Source of the DNA: Saprolegnia diclina VS20
Lineage: Eukaryota
Direction of reading: 5' to 3'
Length of the DNA stretch: 64,000 nucleotides
NCBI RefSeq assembly: GCF_000281045.1
Contig: NW_008246082.1
Span: forward strand, 129,279 to 193,278
The notes beneath the pieces are model-generated. The model was not told the origin of the DNA. It saw only the letters and a program-made list of their open reading frames with translations, and did not search any database. The number at the start of each line of letters is the position of its first letter. Within the stretch, counting starts at the first letter, position 1. The position numbers and the translations under genes are program-made. This document shows, in pieces, positions 37,088 to 48,845 of this stretch.

Positions 37088-39198
37088 TGTACGCCTGGGA
37101 GACCATCGCCCGCGCCCGGGAAGCCTTCGCCCGCGCGCGGAAGGCCGGTGCGTCACCATCCGAGGGCCTCGAGAAGGCCATGGAGCTCTTCCAGCAGCCT
37201 GGACCCATCTACGACTTTCGAGCTCTCGTTCAAGGTACGCTGTCCACGGCCTGTAGATGGATGCCATCGCCGCGTAGAGCTGCAGCGGCTCGTGGAAACG
37301 TCCGACGTCTCTACCATGGACGCGTTCCTGCACCTTGCGACGGTGGTTCCACATCAAGACTGTACAGTACGCGCGAAGGAAGTGGGTCATACCTTGGTCT
37401 GCTTGGCGCTGGCCCTCGGTGGCGGCAGGACGACCGCCACAGTGGTCTGCACGCTCGTGGGCGCCATTTTGACGAATCCGCGCACGGCCGTTGGCTTTGT
37501 GTCGGCGTTCACAAGCGAGTGGGGTAAAATCCAGGCTGTGGGTGAGACCAAGGCTGGGGAGACGAGCCACGCGCTCATTGGCAAGTACCATACGTGGGTA
37601 CGAACGTGCTACCGCCCCCTTGTGCAGCCCATCATAATGAGCTCGCGTGCGTCGTCGATTTGACCACCTTCGTTGCCTCATGCGTGCGCGATAGCACTGG
37701 AGAGCGCGCAAGAATTCATCGAGACGTGGACCATCTTTGCGACGATGCAAGCCTCGTACAAAGACAAGTCCGGAGCCGCCGACAGTGCCCGTACGGCCCT
37801 CGACGTGTTCTGCGATCCTCGCACAAACGCCGAGGCCCGTAGCAGCATGGCCGGCAGCATGCACGAGCTACTTGGACTCCTGAATGCAGTCGATGCCCAG
37901 CGCGTCGCGACCATCATCGTTGAAGAGACGCTCTTGCACGGTACGACGCCCATGATTTGTTGGATGCAATGGTGGTTGATACACCTGGACACGTAGCCTC
38001 GCCACGGGCACGGACGGAACTGCTCTCGCTGCTCGAGCACCTCGTGCAAGACGGTGTTGCGACACCTCAACACTTTGTGATGGTCTGTCACCTTTTTGCG
38101 ACCGCCACAGTGCCCGACGAACAGTCCATCTGGCTCGCACTCTTCCGCTTGTGGATCGAGGTCGCCACCAAGGCCACTTCTCACGACGCCGTGCTCCCCA
38201 CGGCCTACCTCATCCCTCCATTGATCCAGCGCCACGCCGTCGCGTCGATAGGCTCGTTCGCGACAGCGGCGCTCCTGGACGCAGCGAACAAGTATGCGTA
38301 CAATCGTCGGTGCGCGGCCGTCGACGCCGTCACGATTTCGCCCAACGAAGCGGGTGTCATGACGCTGCGCTGTCACACGTTTGCGTTCAACGACCTGCTG
38401 GCAACATTACCCGCGCCCAGCGGCGCGTACGATGCAGGCGCGGTGCTCACGGCAGCCAGCGCGCTCGTTGCGTTTGGCTGGGTGAGTTCAGACGAGCTCG
38501 TGGCCTATCTTGACACGTGTGCTCACGTGTGGCCCGAGGCGCGTGGGATCGTGACCCCGTGTTTTCTCTACATGGCGTCGGTGCGGTACGACCCCACGGT
38601 GTTCGCGACACTTCTCAACATCCCTGCCATCCACCAGTGCACGTACTGCAGCAAGACACCGTTCCATCCCCTCGCCTACTGCGCGGCCCTCAAGATTGCC
38701 ATACAAGAGAAAAGGCCGCTGCGAAAGGGCGCTGTCGTGACGACCACGTTCGACTGCTCGTATTGTCGCTATTTGGAGCTCCTCGAGGCGACGGGCCACG
38801 TCGCTCCAGCAAGCACGCCGAGACTCGCGTCCCCGAAATTTCATCGAGAGCACAGCTGCAATGCGCTGTTGCAAGACATTGCCGACGGCTGCGTCCGCGT
38901 CGGCTACGTCTACCCCGCCGCGGTGGGCCCACCGAAGGGCTGGGTCAACTACTTGGCGGGCAAGTTCGTCGTGCGAAAACACCCGGGAAAACAACAGAGA
39001 AAGGCGCGAGAACGGTTCTTGGCAAGCACCTCTGAAGCCAACCTCGACACGTCGTCCGAACCACGTGCCAAGCGCCAACACATGCAGAAGGCGACGACCG
39101 ACGATAACCCGTCGCCTTCGTACGTCGACCCCACGAGGATCGACTCAAGGGCAGTCGAAAAAACCGCCCGCGGAAACGGTGTCGCTCCAAGGCGTTGA
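37088..39198 (+). CDS. Hypothetical multi-exon protein (parent of the adjacent decayed copy)
   Basis: Chain of coding-like ORFs with GT-AG junctions (for example at about 37235 and 37941). The last exon is about 400 codons with CTYC and CSYC pairs. One junction near 37600-37670 is ambiguous and may be frameshifted. Confidence 0.55.
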
Positions 39199-39676
39199 AA
39201 AAGCTCGTGGCGAGCACCACTGTGAGTACCCTCGGCGCGTCGTCCGAGCCAAGTGCTGAGCGCTACAGCACACTAAGGACCATGACTGCCGCGTCCAGGT
39301 CGTAGCCAGTGTACTAGACAAACACGAGTTCATTTCATGTGTTTGGCGGCAACATATTTATTGTTCATGTCACTGTCGTATTGATGCAACGTTGGATCGA
39401 TCCGTGTTGCGATCTTTGCCCGACTAAGATCTTGAAGGACCTACACTCTTGGACGCCATCATCCGGATAAAGATATCCCGCGACTTGTTCGAAGGATCCA
39501 AGCGACACACTTTGTGGCTCTGTCGGCGGCCGCTCGAGAATGACGACCGAGCCTACTCTGACGAGCGCGTCGGTGCCATTGACCGAGGTAGCTCTTCTTC
39601 TCGCGGTCGTATTATCATCCACTGACTCGAGCAGAACAACGTCGACGAGCTCACGGCCCTCGCGTCGCTGCTCGAG

Positions 39677-40449
39677 ATGGAGATCATCGACAGCGTGTAT
39701 GTCGAGCCAGAAGACGATGCGATGGCCTTTGACACGTACATAAGCCTCGAGACACTAGTACGTGAGTCGTCTCAGTTCTCGATCTGACGGGTGCTAGGCA
39801 TTACAGAGCCCGCACGGCGGCGGCGGGGCCGCGCACCTCCACACGTGGCAAGACGACAGCATCGATCTTGAAGACGACGACGATCCGGCAACCGAGAGCA
39901 ACAATGACGACAGGATGCGAGCCGACGCCAGCTCTAGCAGCGTCGCACTCGTCGATGGGCCGTTCCCGCCCAGCGAGCCGCAGGACCGCCGCCGGCCGTC
40001 GCTTCGCAAAGGTACCAAACGACCTACGACGAGCAGCCATCACGCCAAGCGTAGAGCTCTTTCAGCAGCGCATCAAGAGCCACGACATTGCGTCGCCAGG
40101 ACCCAAGGGCGACGACCACTACGCACAGTCGATGACGCCCGAGTGCGACCTCGCATCGCCGCTCTTGCTGCCGTCGTCGCCCGTCGCCGAGACGTCGACA
40201 CCACGCGCCATGGAAGACAACAACGCGATCGACGCACTGGAAGAAGCCTTGCGCAAGACGCGCGCTCGCGTACCCCGGGCGCGCAAGGTCAAGCACGGCG
40301 GTATCTACACGCTGCTGCTGCAAGGCATGAAGCGCCACGACGACCACGAAGTCGAAACCGAAGCGCCGCGAAGGACATCGGCGCCCGAGCCGTCGCTCGT
40401 TGCACTGCACACACCGCGTACGTCAACCACCGTAGCACAACGTCTCTAA
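39677..40449 (+). CDS. Hypothetical protein (2 exons)
   Basis: Exon 1 MEIIDSVYVEPEDDAMAFDTYISLET followed by a GTACGT donor and CTAG acceptor, then a long open exon ending at 40449. Confidence 0.55.
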
Positions 40450-40664
40450 CCTTAAACCTCTAGAGGAGCACGTGCCAAGTCCCGATGTCGCCAAGGTACG
40501 TCCAAAGGTCGCCGTTGACAACCTTTGCTAATGCGCTCTTTGCATCTAGCGACGCTCGCCTGTACAGCCCGCGCACGTCCGGCACGGCAGCATCTACCGC
40601 ATGCTGCGAGACAAATCATAGTGTTGTAGTTTTAGTAGAAACTTGGCCTCGTCGAATCGTCTTG

Positions 40665-43223
40665 CTACTCGTCAGCAGTCATCTGCGATCCCAGCGTCCT
40701 GTGCAGTGCCGTCTGAAAGCCGTTGGCGAGGTACGCCGGGTGGAGATGCGTCCCGTCGAGAGCGTACGCGGGCTGGAGCTAAGATACCAGGATAGAACGC
40801 TCCATATATGGTGGCTAAAGGATACCTTGCCGTCATCGCCGAGGAGGTCGTCAAAGCAGTCGAGCCACTGGCAGAACGACGCAGCTTCGACGCGAGTACG
40901 CAAGAGCGCGTTGTACCGCAGGACCAAGTGCCGCGTCTCGTCCAAGACGGGCACGATCGGGTGGATGTACGCCTAATGAGACGCGCTCATCGGCAATTAA
41001 ACGCTTCGCAAACGAGACACTACGTCAAAGCCATGCGCGCGCACGAGGGCCTCGAGCACCTGCAAAAAGTGACTCATCGTTGCGACCATGCCATCGTCGA
41101 CGCTCTACGCGTCATCGTCTCGTTGCGATCAGGGCAGTGTCCTACCTCGTAGCGGCACTTGTCGACCGCGAGCAGAATGCCTTCGCGGCAGTCGATTTCG
41201 CCCAAGAGAAACACGATCCGCGCGCGACGCGGCAGGCGCGCGATGACATGTTCAAAGTGCCTTTTCGGGTAAAACGTTGACGCGCGGCGCAAGTGCCCTA
41301 GACATAACGTGTCATGACATACCATTGCGAGCGGTCTACAGTGCTTGAGGCCCGTCACAAGCGCCGGCGTGAGACGCACGGAGCGGGTTCCGAGCGTCAG
41401 AGTCCGCCATGCGGTCGGCAGCGTGTGCGAGTCGCCGCAGACATAGACCGTCTCGTACTCCTTGGCTGTCTCGATGCCCGTGGCCGACGGAAAGGCCAAC
41501 AGCGGAGTCGGGATGCACAGCAGTTGCGCGATGCAGCAGTAATATGCGTGCTCGTTTCGAATCGTCGTTTGGTGCAGGTGGTGGCCATAGACGACGCGAA
41601 GCGGCTCGAGAAGCTTCAGCAGCGCGTGCAATGGCGCGCCACAGCCTTCGAGAAACAAAATCTACTCATGCGGATCCTGGTACTGGTCCCGCGCACGTCG
41701 TTGTACCTTGACGACGGCGAAGAAGAGGGCGAGGAGGTCCCAGTCGTCTTCTGGCAGCAGCTGATGCGCCACGCCGGCCCGCTGGACGTTGACAAACCCG
41801 TCCGACGTCCAGTAGAGCTCGGCAGAAGGGCTGCCCCGGCCCGCGTCGAGGGTCGGAAACGCCTCCAAGATGGCGGCCACGTCACGGCAGGCGAGCCCGC
41901 CCGTCGTCAACGTTGGGTTGCTTGCACAAAACAACCGGGCGACGTCGTACGCTGCCGCGTGGTCGACGACGACTTCTAGCGCGTGGACGTAGTTGAGTGC
42001 ATACGACGCATGGGCGGGCGCGAGAGCGACAGCTTGCGCAAAGCACGCCAAGCACCCTACGTCATATTCGCAAGATTCGATCATTAGAGCACGTAGGACA
42101 CAGACCCGTCATGGCGCTGTAGTCCTTAGCAATAGTCGCCAAGTACGCAAAGGCGGGCGCGGTCGTCGCACTCGACGGGTCCAGCGTCGCGATGAGGTGC
42201 GTGAACCCGTCGGGCGCTTCCAAAAACGTGGCAAATTGCGCTTGCACCGCTATAGCATGGTGAGGCGGCAAGGACGAGGCATGGTGGGAGCGTACCGCGG
42301 TCCTTTGCGCGGCCCGTGAGCACCTTGAGGATCATTTGCATCGCTTCGACGGGCCGGCCGCGTTCGTGCGCGATCGCGCTGTAGAGCGCAATCGCGTCCA
42401 AATCGGTCTCGTCCGACATGACGAGCCGGCGCCGAACCGTCTCGATCGCAGCCTCGATGTCGCCAGCAGCGTGCTGAAGCCGCGCCTGGAGCCGGTCGAC
42501 GCGCGCGACAAGGTCGGCATCCGAAACACGCAGCGCCGCGAGCCGCTCCAGCGCCGGGGCAAACGCCCGCAGGTGCAGCTCGCACTCAGCTACATCGAGG
42601 CAGAGTTCAATGGACGCGGTGGTGGCCGCGGCGGTCGCGAGGACGGGCTCGGCGATCGCTTTGGCTGTAGCCCATGCAGACGCTTGCATGTAGATGCGCA
42701 CGAGGCCATGCGTCGCCTCGCATTGACGCGGGTCGAGCTCGCGCAAGATGGTCTCCCACACTAGAATGCTCGAATCGGATGATGGAGGAGGAGGAAGAGC
42801 GACGAACAGGCCTTGGCCGACCGGAACTCGCCGCGGTCGCGGTGCTTGGCGGCGAGCGCGAGCAGCGGCCCGACGGTCGTCAACGACGCGGCAGTGTGCT
42901 GTGGTACTGGGCGCGTGACGTCGAGCTCGCACGAGTCCTAGTGTGCCACGTCATACCCGAGACGGCATTCGACAGGATAATACGTCGACAAGGAGCTGCG
43001 ACAGCTTTTTCTCGAGGCGCACGGCAGCGTCGGCGCGTGTGGCGACGAGCCCTTGCGTGTCGATGGCAGACTTAAATTTGGCGTTGTGGGCGGCCACGAG
43101 CGCCGTTAAAGCGTCGAGCACGGTGGTCGTTCGATCGAGCTGCGGCGCGCGCAGCACGTACGTCCACGCGCGCAAGTCGCTATCGCCAGGCGACGGCGTG
43201 CAGTGCAGGTAGATCTTGGCCAT
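40665..43223 (-). CDS. TPR-repeat protein with a C-terminal SGNH/GDSL-type hydrolase domain
   Basis: TPR-like helices (EATHGLVRIYMQASAWATAK; CFAQAVALAPAHASYALNY). Block I VYVCGDSH, GEIDCREG, and block V ALDGTHLHPAY in the last exon. Confidence 0.8.
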
Positions 43224-43416
43224 GATCGAATATCGATGGCGAATCTTGAAGCGGCGTGTTCTAGCGGTGTCTACCTGCCAAGTACGCATATAATGCGTCG
43301 TAGAGGCGTTGGCATATATCATATCGAGTTGTTCTATTCAGATGCAAAGCAACCTACGCTACTACGTGGACGTCGGCGGCGGCGACTGCTTCGGACTCGG
43401 TTATCAAATACATCAT

Positions 43417-43554
43417 TTAGTTGTTCTGCTTCTTCAAGTGGGCGTAGTACGCGTCGAACTTGTTGAGCTCCGAGTTGGCGTAGCGCTTCCAGACAAGGCC
43501 GCCGGCGACGCCGAGGACGCTGGCAATGACAATCTCAATCTTGGCGCTGGGCAT
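43417..43554 (-). CDS. 45-aa cytochrome c oxidase subunit 5C/6C (Cox9)-like microprotein, copy 1
   Basis: MPSAKIEIVIASVLGVAGGLVWKRYANSELNKFDAYYAHLKKQNN*. One TM segment. Pattern PS..E..I...LG...G..WK......K...FY/YY resembles plant COX5C. Inr-like TCATTTC upstream. Not in the ORF track. Confidence 0.75.
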   Translation of the reverse strand: MPSAKIEIVIASVLGVAGGLVWKRYANSELNKFDAYYAHLKKQNN

Positions 43555-43771
43555 CTTGGCTGCTCGACTCGAATATCCGAAATGAGGAATATGCAGTCAC
43601 CCGCCACTCACTTTCGCCCGATCAAGTGCGACGCACTTACGGCGATAAGTGCGCTTGGAAGATCCAATTTGGCCAATAAGATAAGACAATCTATTCCCGA
43701 CACCACGGACGACGCGCGCTACAGCTATAGGTCGTGGCGTAGACGTCAACGTGTGGGCAATCGACATCTCT

Positions 43772-43909
43772 TTACTGATCGGCCTTCTTGAGCGACGCGT
43801 AGTACGAGTCGATCTTCTTGAGGTCGGCGGTTGCCCACTTCTTCCATGTCATCGCGCCGGCCAAGGCGAGGGTCGCGGCAACAGCAATTTCAAACTTGGC
43901 GCTCGGCAT
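43772..43909 (-). CDS. 45-aa cytochrome c oxidase subunit 5C/6C (Cox9)-like microprotein, copy 2
   Basis: MPSAKFEIAVAATLALAGAMTWKKWATADLKKIDSYYASLKKADQ*. Same length as copy 1, with 23/45 identical residues. Not in the ORF track. Confidence 0.75.
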   Translation of the reverse strand: MPSAKFEIAVAATLALAGAMTWKKWATADLKKIDSYYASLKKADQ

Positions 43910-44902
43910 TGTGAGTGTCTACGGAGTGCGGCGGCAACGTGTGTGGGTCCACAGTGGAGTTGGAAAGTAATGAGCCACGCAGCAGGAGGCCACGACGCCT
44001 GACGCTCGGCAACGCTTCGCGCAGGGACGAATCGCACTTGATCGGGTCAATTTGGGGTCCTAGAGATTTGCAAAGTCCGTGTGGTTACATCTTCATGTCT
44101 TGAACAAAGTATGGCTTCGTAATCGCACTTACACGAGACCTCAGGCCGTAGATAGAAAAACCAAGTGGTTTCGTTGAAGTTCGCTTCAAGGGGGCGGGTA
44201 TAAAAAAACGCACGCACCCAGCACAGAAATACGTCGGACCAATCACAGCGCGCTGCAAAAACAGGCCGGACGACGCCGTCTCTTTGACGCGACGCCGTTC
44301 TTGACGACGTCGGCACTCTTCCTTCAGGACTAAGATCTATCCGTCTTATCCTGCGACGTAGTCTATGCGTTCGTCTGCGGAGGCGGCACGGACACCGGAG
44401 ACAATAGCCCCTCTGCGGTGCACCCGCCACTTGTAGGCAGGATGGTCGGCCAGGGCGTGTTTCATTCGAAACACATCAGCAGCACACTTGACGAACCAGT
44501 CGCCGCGGGTGGGTTGTAGCAGGTAGTACACTTGCTTTGAGCGAGGTGGCTGGAATCTGAGTGTATGAAACACAATCATACCGCGACGTGTCTATGGGAA
44601 GAAGCGCAGCCGTCGCTCGCCGAGCCGACCTCGGCATCTACATGACTACGAGCTATGACTACGGTCCATGACCGCGCCGGATGCTCGTATGCAACATGCA
44701 TGGCAAGGTGGTCGAAATGCAATCTCCCACCTTTGCAAGTGCAAACGCATTAAGTGCAATCTCAGCATGGACGGACGGCGCCAAGCGTCTAAGTCTGTGG
44801 TCCAACTAGTGCAGTCGTTGCCATCAGACAGAAGGCGACCGTAATTAGGCCGTCGGTTGCATAACCGTTAAACTCGCACTAGAAAGGACGTGAGCATCGA
44901 CG

Positions 44903-45391
44903 ATGCTGCCGCGGGTGCCTCTCGACAAGCCGTCGCGAGAAGGCAGCACCAAGATCCTCGTCGGTGGGAAAGACCGCGCATCCAACCTGCCGCGCCTCGA
45001 GGGCCAGAAGGTGCCCGTGAGCGACCGCGCCATGAACAAGCTCGGCATCAGCGACGAGATCGTCAAGATGGAGAAGCTCATGAAGAAACTCGGCATTTGC
45101 GACCACGACCTCGAAGAGTTCAAGCAGCGTACGCCTTCTTTCTCTTTGCGACTACGTTCTTAGTCGCCACTAGTGCAACGTCACTCGGGCAACATTGTCG
45201 AGACGGGGACGCTGGCAAAAGAAGAGATCCTCATGGGCTTCTCGGTCAAGCAAATGCACCGCGTGAAAGCGCTCAAGCGGCTCGGCGCGTCCGAACAAGA
45301 GGTTTGGGACGCGTATGCCCACAAGATTTCGCAGCTCGGCGCCCAACTGCACATGAAGCCCTCCGCGCGCAAAGCGAGCTCTCGGACGTAG
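44903..45391 (+). CDS. Small hypothetical protein with a thrice-repeated KLG/RLG helix motif (2 exons)
   Basis: Two ORFs joined by a GTACGC...CTAG intron at about 45129-45173. Strong codon bias. Confidence 0.7.
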
Positions 45392-45447
45392 CGTAGGTGT
45401 ACTCGTCGTGGATGCAGTTTATATATACGAGTTTGCAAGCGCGTCGA

Positions 45448-48400
45448 CTACTTTGTCTGCGCCACCATCCACGCGTCGATGCGCGCCTTGAGCACTGTCG
45501 CGGGCGTGAGCTGGTCGACGGTCAACGGCTGCCGCGTGAACGGGTCGGTCGCGTCGTTCATGAGGTGCTGGACGATCGTGGCGCGGTCGACCACGTACCC
45601 GCTCGGCAGCGTCACGGGGTCGCGCATGCGCTGGCAGAGAAGCGGGTCCATAAACTCGTCCGGGGCGTCGCCGTACGCCGCATCGTCGAGCGCGTTGCTC
45701 GCATGCAGCGCTTCGACCGTGTCGCAGAGGTTCTCAAAGGTCGCGACGCCCGGCGGCGGAATGAGCTGCGTGCGCTGGAGAATGTGCACGCACTTGCGGT
45801 ACACGGCCGGGTCGTACAAGCCGTTGGAGGCAACCGCCATCTGGAAGCTCTCGTATTGCGCAAAATGCAAGATCGTCTCGACGACTTCGCGGAGCATGAC
45901 CTTGGGCCGGAACTTGTACGTCTCGGGGTTCGCCACCTAATGGCGACATTACGAAACATGGAGACACTAGGCGGATCGAACCTTGAGCTCGAGGCCGCGG
46001 GGCCCCGCGAGCTTGACGAGCACGCTGTTGAGCATGCTCACGAGGCGTTCTTCCAGTGCGACGCTGAGGAACGGCGCTTGGATCTCGGACGTGAGGTATG
46101 ACATCATGTGGATCGTCTCGTTCGCGAGCTGCAAACTCGACGTGACCGTGCGCTCCTTCTCGGCCAAAAGACTCTGCTTTTGCTCTTGCGTCGCTTGGTC
46201 ATAAGTGCCCCAAAGCGGCGACTGGGCTTCCTCCTATCGCATCGAGATGAGGCGTCGCCGACTCGGATCCTCATCGTTTGTACCTGCAGCGCCTTGATCT
46301 CCGGTAAATTGGTCAGCGCATCAGTGAGGAGCGAGTTGATGTGGTTCATAAGACCGTGCGCAAACTTGACGAACGCCGGTTCGTTCGTGGAGATCGAGAC
46401 GAACGCAGGCTTGTGGGCCGGGCACTTCCAGAGGTACTTGAGCAAGCAAGCAATGTTGTAGCGGTGCTCGAGCTTTTCGTAAAAGCCCGTCTGCTCGACA
46501 TCGCCGTAGAGCGCGAGGAGGCACGGCGCGAGGTGCTCCTGCGCGAGCGGGCTCTGCGTGAGCGCGTTCACTGCGGACGGCACGCCGACCGTCGGCCGGT
46601 CCTCCGACTCGTGCGACGGCAGGCAGATCTCAAAGAGGCACTCGCTCATCTTGGCGCGCAAGTGCGGGCTCCGGACCAGCTGCGGCGACGAGAGGAAGAC
46701 GAGCGTCATCTTCAAGAGGTCGTCAAAGGCGAAGGCCGCGAGCTCCGTCGGCGCCATGCGTGCCACGAAGAGGAGAGCGTTGACAATGTCCTCGACAATG
46801 TGCTCGGGCATAAATGGCACAAGCAAATCTATCGTCCATAAAAGTGAGGGGTGTAGGAGGTTCGAAGCGCGTACCTTGCTCGCGCGTCGTAATGGGCAGC
46901 ACGAGCGGGCTCGACGACGCCTTCCCCGACGGCTCCAGACAGATGCGGCAGACCACGTCCGCGGACAAGAGGGCAAAACGCACGATCTCGTGAAGGACCT
47001 CGGGCTGGAGCAGCTTGGCGTCCAATAGCATCTTGGTCGACGCGAGTGCGTCAAACTGCGCTTGGACGCGAGGGTCGTTGTTGCTGCGCATGGCGTTTTG
47101 GACGTACGAGAGCTGGCGCAAGAGGCGCATGTACTTGGCCATGGTCGCGACTGGTCCAAGGTGGACGCTCTCCAGCGTGAGGTAAAAGCACTGCGTGATA
47201 AAGTTAAAGTCGCCGAGCGTCTTGGTCGTCGACGCAGCGCTCTCGGTCACCACGAGCTTGGTGCTGTCGGCCGGAAAGATGGGGTTGGGCACGGCCGCCA
47301 GGAACGTCGGGTCAATGAGCGAGTGTTTGGTTGACGATGGCGGCAAGAACGGACCGCAGAGCCGCAGCAGCACGACGCTGAGGTTCATGAGGAGGCCGGC
47401 GGTCGATGTGAGCGCAGCGTTCGGGTTTTCTTTGGCCATCTCCTGGTTGACTTCGAGCGCCTGCGCCAGCCTAGACACAGCCTCAGATCTTATGCCAGTC
47501 AAGATTTGGAATACCAAGCGAGGACGCGGTCCTTGCACACCGGGCCAGCCTTGAGCAGCGACTTGAAGATGTCGGTGCATAAGTCGTGGTTAAACTTGAG
47601 TTCGTTCCGAAGTTGCCGCAGCGACTTGTCGACGTCGTTGCGCGTCCTATGCGGCATGTTGGAGCCAAACGCATTGCTTCTTCAACTATACCGTTTGGTG
47701 ATGTTGGAAAACATGTCTTTGAGCGCAGGATCCGGCGAGTCGGTCGAGAGGCGTAGCAGAATGCCGAGCGCGGTGGCGTCTTGGAGGCGGCGCCCGTTGA
47801 GCGGTGGTGAGAGGAGAAACCCTGGCATCGTGACAAAGACCGTCGCAAAGCCCTTGACACGCACGAGGGACCCGATCGCTTGCATGGGCGGCGCCCACAC
47901 CTCGACCGCGAGGAGCGACTGCGCACCAAGAAAGATCTCGGAGACGAGCTTCTGGAAGATGGGGCCCACGACGCGGCCAAGGCCCGCGGACCCACCCTGG
48001 GCCTCGAGCCCCTGGGCGAGGAGCTCGAGGTACGAGGGCGTGCTTGGCGTCGGGTTGCGCACGAGCGCGTCAAACACTTCGAGCGGCGTCATGGCGTGCG
48101 ACGGAAACATCTCGGGCTCCAAGAGGCACGTCACGCTGTAGTTGATCGCCATCTCCATGAGCGACTTGACCTATTGGTTAATATGGCATAAGCCACAGGC
48201 GATCGAGTGGTGCATCGTACGACGACAAGATCGGCCTCGGAGAGCTGCGAACTCTCGGTCCGGCAGCGCTGGTACACGTCAAAGAGGTACCGCAGCGTCG
48301 GTGTCGCGAGCGCCGCGTCTTCTTCCGACACGAGCCGCATGTACAAGACTTCGCTGACGTTGTCGCCGTTGAGAGCGTTTCCCGCGACGTCCATGTACAA

Positions 48401-48736
48401 GACATCGTGCGAACCTGGCGGATGCAACGTCACCTGCAGGATGCGAGACAGCATCTCGTGGAGCCCGTCACGCCGGCTCGCCTTCTTCTTCAGCACCGGC
48501 GCGGGGGCTTGAACAGGTGGCGCAGGCGGTGCGATAACCGGCTTGGGCGGCGACGCTTTCACGACCGGCGGCGCGGGGGCCGGCGCAGCTTGCTCCAAGG
48601 GCGCCAGGCGCTCGAGGCGCTTCTGCCGGAGCTCTTCCGCCGTCGGGACATGCACGTCTTCGCTAGTCGTGCTCATGTCATGGTTCTCGTCTTCCTTCTG
48701 GTCGCCATTGACCCAGGAGCTAATCCAGCTCGCCAT
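45448..48736 (-). CDS. UFD2: Ubiquitin conjugation factor E4 (U-box)
   Basis: FNFITQCFYLT, SPHLRAK, DVEQTGFYEKLEHRY, LAGPRGLELK|VANPETYKFRP, and U-box PDEFMDPLLCQRMRDPVTLPSG..DPFTRQPL. Confidence 0.95.
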
Positions 48737-48835
48737 GCTTCCGTCGCTGTCTTCTGACCGAGGAAATCTTACGTCAAACCGGTTTCGCTGACCGGTTCAT
48801 ATGGCGTGAACCGACACGGCTAAAAACACGCTTCC

Positions 48836-48845
48836 TATCCGGATA
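48836..48845. promoter_or_regulatory. Perfect palindrome TATCCGGATA, candidate promoter element (UFD2 promoter)
   Basis: 100 nt upstream of the UFD2 ATG. The same motif recurs upstream of many genes in the window. Confidence 0.55.
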
